NCBI GenBank assembly: GCA_039091335.1
Contig: JAWCME010000010.1
Span: 1,551-13,124 of the forward strand
Reading direction: 5' to 3'
DNA: 11,574 bases
From: Candidatus Aenigmatarchaeota archaeon
GTDB taxonomy: Archaea > Aenigmatarchaeota > Aenigmatarchaeia > CG10238-14 > SCSR01
Below the pieces are notes generated by a model that had not been told where the DNA came from, made no database searches, and saw only the letters and a program-made list of their open reading frames with translations. The translations under genes and the position numbers were made by a program. Of the stretch, positions 7,333-11,574 are shown piece after piece; the first letter of the stretch is position 1, and each line of letters opens with the position of its first letter.

Positions 7333-8558
7333 ATTTCTTCTTCTGATTTTTTCTTCCTCACATATTCTTTAAGTTTGTAAGAAAATTCTCTCAACATTCT
7401 AATATCTTCTTCTGTTAATGTACTATCCTTTCTCCTATTTTTTATAATTTCCTCTAACTTCAAAAAATTCGAAAAGATATCTTTGCTTTCATCATCCAAA
7501 ATTTCTTTATCAGCTTTCATCACAGTACCAAAAAGATAATTGGTTAAGTCCCTTTCTATGTCATTCAATACTGCTTGTAAGTCTGAAACCGGTCTGTTCA
7601 GACCAATAACTGCCGGCAAACTTTTTTCTGCAAGTTGATGTAATTCTTCCAAAACTTCGGTATATTTTGGTATTTTTGGTATTATTTCCATTTCAGTTTT
7701 TTGAGGTAAAGATTGAGGTTTTGGTTCTTCTGAGATTGTTGGTGGGCGTATATTTGTTTGAGGTAAACTTCTCGTATTTTCGGCTTTGGTTTTGGCTTCA
7801 ACAGATTCTTCATACCTAATTCTTACTTTTCCTTCAATCTCTTCTTCAGTTATAAGATATTCTGATTTAATTCTCCCTTCAGCACCACCAATCAAGGGGA
7901 GAGAAGATATAAAATACTTAAATTTTTCCTCGCCTTCCATTTCGCCAAACTCTTCTATGTCCTCTAATTTTTCTATCAAATAAGCTACTTCGTCTTCAGC
8001 TGAAAGGGATGGATCTATAGCTCTAATCTCTTCTAATTTTTCCAGCAGCTTGAGTCTGTATGAATCATAAATCCTCCATAACCTTTCCCAATCTGAACTA
8101 TACATACTGCTTGTATCTATCTCATTTAGTTTTCTCAATTCATTATTAATTGCACTTTTTACCTCTCTTATTCCCCTCACAATATCCATGAGCAATGGTT
8201 TTTTAGTTAAGTCTTTTTTTGGTTTCAATCCATCAGCAATATTTTTTACGTCTTGGATGACAGAAGGTAAGTAGTTCAACATTTGCTTAGCAGTATTCTT
8301 TTTAATTTTAGATGCATGCCACCCCCGAGCATAATATAAACCTGTGGATACACACTCTTCCAACTTACGAAAATGGGGTTTAACTGAAATCGACTGATAT
8401 TTTTCAAGATCTTTTAAAACACTTTCTAGGTATCTAAAATAAATTTCAAAATCAACACCACTCGCATCATTTTGTAAAAATAGTTCCCCTAAACTTTCAT
8501 CAGCCCACTTCAAAACTCTAAGATTGTATTTAATTCTCTTGTATTCAACTTCAGACAT
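7329..8558 (-). CDS. Hypothetical soluble, predominantly alpha-helical protein with Pro/Thr-rich linker
   Basis: 409 aa ORF with a good promoter-like element upstream. E/K/L-rich, no TM segments and no motif I recognise. Confidence 0.75.
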   Translation of the reverse strand: MSEVEYKRIKYNLRVLKWADESLGELFLQNDASGVDFEIYFRYLESVLKDLEKYQSISVKPHFRKLEECVSTGLYYARGWHASKIKKNTAKQMLNYLPSVIQDVKNIADGLKPKKDLTKKPLLMDIVRGIREVKSAINNELRKLNEIDTSSMYSSDWERLWRIYDSYRLKLLEKLEEIRAIDPSLSAEDEVAYLIEKLEDIEEFGEMEGEEKFKYFISSLPLIGGAEGRIKSEYLITEEEIEGKVRIRYEESVEAKTKAENTRSLPQTNIRPPTISEEPKPQSLPQKTEMEIIPKIPKYTEVLEELHQLAEKSLPAVIGLNRPVSDLQAVLNDIERDLTNYLFGTVMKADKEILDDESKDIFSNFLKLEEIIKNRRKDSTLTEEDIRMLREFSYKLKEYVRKKKSEEEI

Positions 8559-8583
8559 TCTATTTATTGATTAAAAAGAAAAA

Positions 8584-8596
8584 TATAAAAGTTTTT
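8584..8596 (-). promoter_or_regulatory. Putative archaeal BRE + TATA box for the 409 aa gene
   Basis: The minus strand reads AAAAAC-TTTTATA, with the TATA 26-32 nt upstream of ATG 8558; this is canonical archaeal geometry. Confidence 0.5.
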
Positions 8597-8633
8597 GATA
8601 ATCCTAAAATAATTCAAAGTCATAAATTATAAT

Positions 8634-9467
8634 ATGAGGGTAAAATGGTCTTTGCTTTTTTTACTAATTGTGATTTTTTTATCTGGTTGTTTTGAAAAGG
8701 AAGAAATTAGACCCTCGGCTGTTGGCTTAAGTGCAACTTTAACTTCAGATTTGAAAAAGATAAATAAAGAAATGCCTACAACTTTCATTTTAACAATTAA
8801 AAACCTAGCTTCTGAAATAGCAGAAGACATTTCAGCACGCCTTACAAACTTAACTGATTGGAAAATAGAAAATGAAATTCAAAAATTAGAAAGCCTTTCT
8901 CCAAACGATTTATACAAGTTTTCTTGGGTTGCTTATGCTCCCCCTTACAACAAAAGCTTCACAGCTTCTGCTGAAGTTTTCTATTTGATGAAAACAAAAA
9001 GTAGTCTTAAAATCAGAGTTTACAACAATGAATATTTAGAAGGCTTGAAAAGAGAAGAAAGGGAAAAAATCAAAAGTCAATCAGCTCTTTTATCTTTAAC
9101 TTCTAGCAAAAATACTCCTGTAAGCTTAACTGTTTCTCTTAACCAACCTTTCATTTTAACTCAAAGCTATCAAAAGTTTCCTTTTACAATAGAAATCAAA
9201 AACTTGGGCAAAGGAACTATTTACAGCGATTACTCAACTTATCCACCAAGAGAAAGGAATAAAGATAAACTAAGGTTCAATTTTCAAACCAATGCAACGC
9301 TTGATTGTGATTTTGAAGACGATTCTTTAATTGAAGATGATAAAAGTAAAACATTTGTTTGTAGGATTTTGGCAAGAAATATAGAAAAATTTGAAGATTT
9401 CTACATAGATTTTTCTTTAACTTATTATTATCTTGATAAAGTTTCTACAAAAATTGAAGCTATTTAA
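8634..9467 (+). CDS. Predicted lipoprotein with tandem Ig-like beta-sandwich domains (surface/adhesin or S-layer-associated)
   Basis: Signal peptide with lipobox LSG|C (Cys19). Beta-strand patterns FILTIKNL and FPFTIEIKNLGKG, a C-terminal Cys pair, and N-glycosylation sequons NLT, NKS and NAT. Confidence 0.8.
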   Translation: MRVKWSLLFLLIVIFLSGCFEKEEIRPSAVGLSATLTSDLKKINKEMPTTFILTIKNLASEIAEDISARLTNLTDWKIENEIQKLESLSPNDLYKFSWVAYAPPYNKSFTASAEVFYLMKTKSSLKIRVYNNEYLEGLKREEREKIKSQSALLSLTSSKNTPVSLTVSLNQPFILTQSYQKFPFTIEIKNLGKGTIYSDYSTYPPRERNKDKLRFNFQTNATLDCDFEDDSLIEDDKSKTFVCRILARNIEKFEDFYIDFSLTYYYLDKVSTKIEAI

Positions 9468-9499
9468 GCTTTTTTCTTTCCTGAAAACAAAAATGAATT

Positions 9500-11257
9500 A
9501 TGGAACTATCAAGAGAAGGAATAGAAAAATTAGTGGAGTATTTGCTCGGTAAGATTGGGAAGCATAAATCTAACGTTTACTCAATGCTAATCAAACTTTT
9601 TCTAGCTTTTTTCATACCTTTAGCAATTTTCTTTCCTACACAAGTCCGTGGGATAATTTTACCATACTTAATTCTTACAATACTATGTGTTGTAACTATA
9701 ATTCTTTTGATAGTTTATGCTTCTCCGATGGCCAGTGTTTTCTTGGGTGATTTCATTTTAGCTTTAATTGTTGTTGTTGTTTTATTCCTTTCTACTCAAT
9801 ACATAAATTGTGGCGAACAATCTTGCTACTGGATTTTGACAACAAGGTTTGGAACATCAATTGCTCTAATAATTGTTGTTTTGATTCTCTTTATTTTTTT
9901 AATAATAGCAATAGTTTGTAAAGGATCAAGTTATTGGATTTTAACAATTTTTCTAACTGTTTTGCTTTTAATCAGCATACCTTTTTTAAGCCCTAAAAAT
10001 TATTACAGTTTTTGCAAGAAAATACCCTTCATTTATGGCACAGATATATGCAATCCTAGAGAAGTTGTTGTTGAGCCTATAAAAACTGTGAGAATACCTG
10101 TGAGCGGTGGTATAGGAGCAAAGATAGAAACTCCAAGCACACTTTATGGTGGCAATCCTTACGAATTCACCTTTACCATAACCAATTTTTATGAGAGAAA
10201 TATAAGTTTTTGGGTTGAACCTAGCATAAAAAGCAGTTATGGAAGTGGTATAGAATTTTTCATACCTTTTAAACAAAAAATTTATACTCTTGCCCATAGG
10301 GCTTCTTATCAAGACATGGTTTATGTAGACCCTCAACAAATTTATGTGAAAGGCAGTACTTGCCCTTATTCAACACTTCAGTTAGCAAAAGCTAAGAATA
10401 TAGAAGAAGAAGATGTTGTTTGCTCTGCAAGCAAGCCTTGCAACGATCCAAAATTTGCTTGTGTAAAGTTGGATGTTTTGGAATGTGGCTGTGCTGACTG
10501 GATTAAAGCAACTTGCTCAAGAAATTATGTAAATGCAAAAATTTACATAACTCATTCAGGATTTTTCTTAGGCAACACAACACTTTATTATTCTGAAGCT
10601 ATAACTAAACCTTCTCCTGCATTTGAATTAACCCAAGGCCCTCTCAAAATTATTGTTGAATTCATTCCAAATCCATACATAGCCACAATTCACCAGTATA
10701 GAGAAGATGTGAGTGTTTTTATAACTCTAAAGAATTTGGGTGGAAAAGTTAGGATAAACAAAATCAACATCATACCAATTGAAACAACAATTCACACAAT
10801 TGATAAAGAGAAACAATTAGAATTAATAGAAAAAGTTACAAGTAATGTTAAAGAAATAAGAGATTTGAGTGAATTTTTACCTGAAGTTTTAGAAAGTGGG
10901 ATGGAAATAGGTGGAAAGATTGCTACACTTACTCCTCCTTTTGTTGAAACTAAATTAATTGATCTTGAAACTCAAGAAGTTAAAGAAATCAACAATATTA
11001 CTTTTTCATTTATCAAAAATTACTGCGAAAAAACTTCTGTAAATACTTCAGAGAATGTTTCTGCTTTTTGGAGCACTAACTGGCAGAAGATCTACAATGC
11101 GATTTCTGAAAGTGGTTTGTGTGAACTTTTGAAGAATGCTTTGTCTCATGTTGATGTTCTAATTGAGCTTGAATACGAAAGAGAGACAAGCTTTACTTCT
11201 GGAGGTGTTATACCTTATACAAGAACTGAAGAATGTTTGGAGTTAACGGAAGAATAA
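9500..11257 (+). CDS. Multi-pass membrane-anchored, Cys-rich surface protein with Ig-like domains
   Basis: 585 aa. About 5 N-terminal TM helices, then a beta-rich ectodomain (YEFTFTITN, GPLKIIVEFIPNP, VFITLKNLGG). Contains a 7-Cys insertion and sequons NIS, NTT, NIT, NTS and NVS. Confidence 0.82.
   Translation: MELSREGIEKLVEYLLGKIGKHKSNVYSMLIKLFLAFFIPLAIFFPTQVRGIILPYLILTILCVVTIILLIVYASPMASVFLGDFILALIVVVVLFLSTQYINCGEQSCYWILTTRFGTSIALIIVVLILFIFLIIAIVCKGSSYWILTIFLTVLLLISIPFLSPKNYYSFCKKIPFIYGTDICNPREVVVEPIKTVRIPVSGGIGAKIETPSTLYGGNPYEFTFTITNFYERNISFWVEPSIKSSYGSGIEFFIPFKQKIYTLAHRASYQDMVYVDPQQIYVKGSTCPYSTLQLAKAKNIEEEDVVCSASKPCNDPKFACVKLDVLECGCADWIKATCSRNYVNAKIYITHSGFFLGNTTLYYSEAITKPSPAFELTQGPLKIIVEFIPNPYIATIHQYREDVSVFITLKNLGGKVRINKINIIPIETTIHTIDKEKQLELIEKVTSNVKEIRDLSEFLPEVLESGMEIGGKIATLTPPFVETKLIDLETQEVKEINNITFSFIKNYCEKTSVNTSENVSAFWSTNWQKIYNAISESGLCELLKNALSHVDVLIELEYERETSFTSGGVIPYTRTEECLELTEE
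9761..9950 (+). repeat. Degenerate intragenic tandem duplication (unit of about 34-35 codons)
   Basis: ALIVVVVLFL...C...SCYWILT versus ALIIVVLILF...C..SSYWILT. DNA tactggattttgacaa (9827) versus tattggattttaacaa (9932): 14 of 16 identical, 105 bp apart. Confidence 0.6.
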
Positions 11258-11266
11258 ATTTAATTC

Positions 11267-11287
11267 TGACTTTTTTTATAGCAGTCA
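11267..11287 (+). terminator. Possible oligo(T) terminator between convergent genes
   Basis: T7 tract (11271-11277) starting 14 nt after the stop at 11257, within a weak inverted repeat TGACT/AGTCA. Confidence 0.3.
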
Positions 11288-11295
11288 AGCTGTGG

Positions 11296-11574
11296 CTATG
11301 AGAACCCCCACTTACTTCTGACGGCTGAACATAAATTCTCACAAGCATTTTCTTGATTCTCTTTACAATCTTTTATATTCACGCCCACAAAATTACCACA
11401 TTGGTCACTAATTGGTTTAAATGGATCATTTTTTCCTTCATTTTCATATTTATCGCAAGCCCTCAGTAGTTGTGTCTTACAAGTTGCTTCATCTACCGGA
11501 AATAAGAATTGATGCCATCCTCTTGTCCATGCAATGTATAACAAAACCACACCAATTATGATGGCAATTATTAG
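11296..11574 (-). CDS. Small Cys-rich membrane-anchored protein, pilin-like (possible class III signal peptide); partial, start lies beyond the right edge
   Basis: The frame is open to the window edge: LIIAIIIGVVLLYIAW is a hydrophobic helix, followed by a small domain with 6 Cys. The ORF-track GTG at 11550 falls inside this helix. The prepilin cleavage site is not visible. Confidence 0.6.
   Translation of the reverse strand, partial: LIIAIIIGVVLLYIAWTRGWHQFLFPVDEATCKTQLLRACDKYENEGKNDPFKPISDQCGNFVGVNIKDCKENQENACENLCSAVRSKWGFS

Noticed and set aside
9768..9782. (GTT)n microsatellite as a phase-variation site
   Set aside because: Short in-frame triplet run encoding Val in a TM helix; slippage would not shift the frame.
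5892..10339. Short ORFs 5892..6113, 6472..6672, 6522..6785, 7786..7983, 8627..8830 and 9986..10339
   Set aside because: All are antisense to longer, motif-bearing or better supported genes.
1..11574. CRISPR array, tRNA/rRNA, transposase or integrase, archaellins
   Set aside because: No regularly spaced repeats, GC-rich structured RNA stretch or recombinase motifs were seen, and intergenic gaps are at most about 115 bp. No arl accessory genes are visible, so no arlJ gene symbol was assigned.

Overview
AT-rich, very gene-dense archaeal window. It most resembles a DPANN-type genome, possibly Aenigmarchaeota-like (inferred from TATA/BRE-like promoters with short or no leaders, near-zero intergenic spacing and the protein families present). 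It looks like part of a type IV pilus / surface-structure locus. The left edge holds a TadC/ArlJ(FlaJ)/PilC-like platform gene (1..1479, minus, 3'-truncated, missed by the ORF track). Upstream on the same strand are four paralogous uncharacterised membrane proteins sharing a 3-TM module. An opposite-strand gene fusing an APH-like kinase domain (catalytic HGD changed to HGN) to a GT4 glycosyltransferase interrupts this array. Next come a HAD-IB phosphatase-like gene, an orphan helical protein, a lipoprotein and a multi-TM Cys-rich surface protein that appear to share an Ig-like double beta-sandwich, and a 5'-truncated Cys-rich pilin-like gene. No RNA genes, CRISPR arrays or mobile elements were seen. 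The best candidate for an undescribed system is the paralogous 3-TM family co-oriented with the pilus platform gene.
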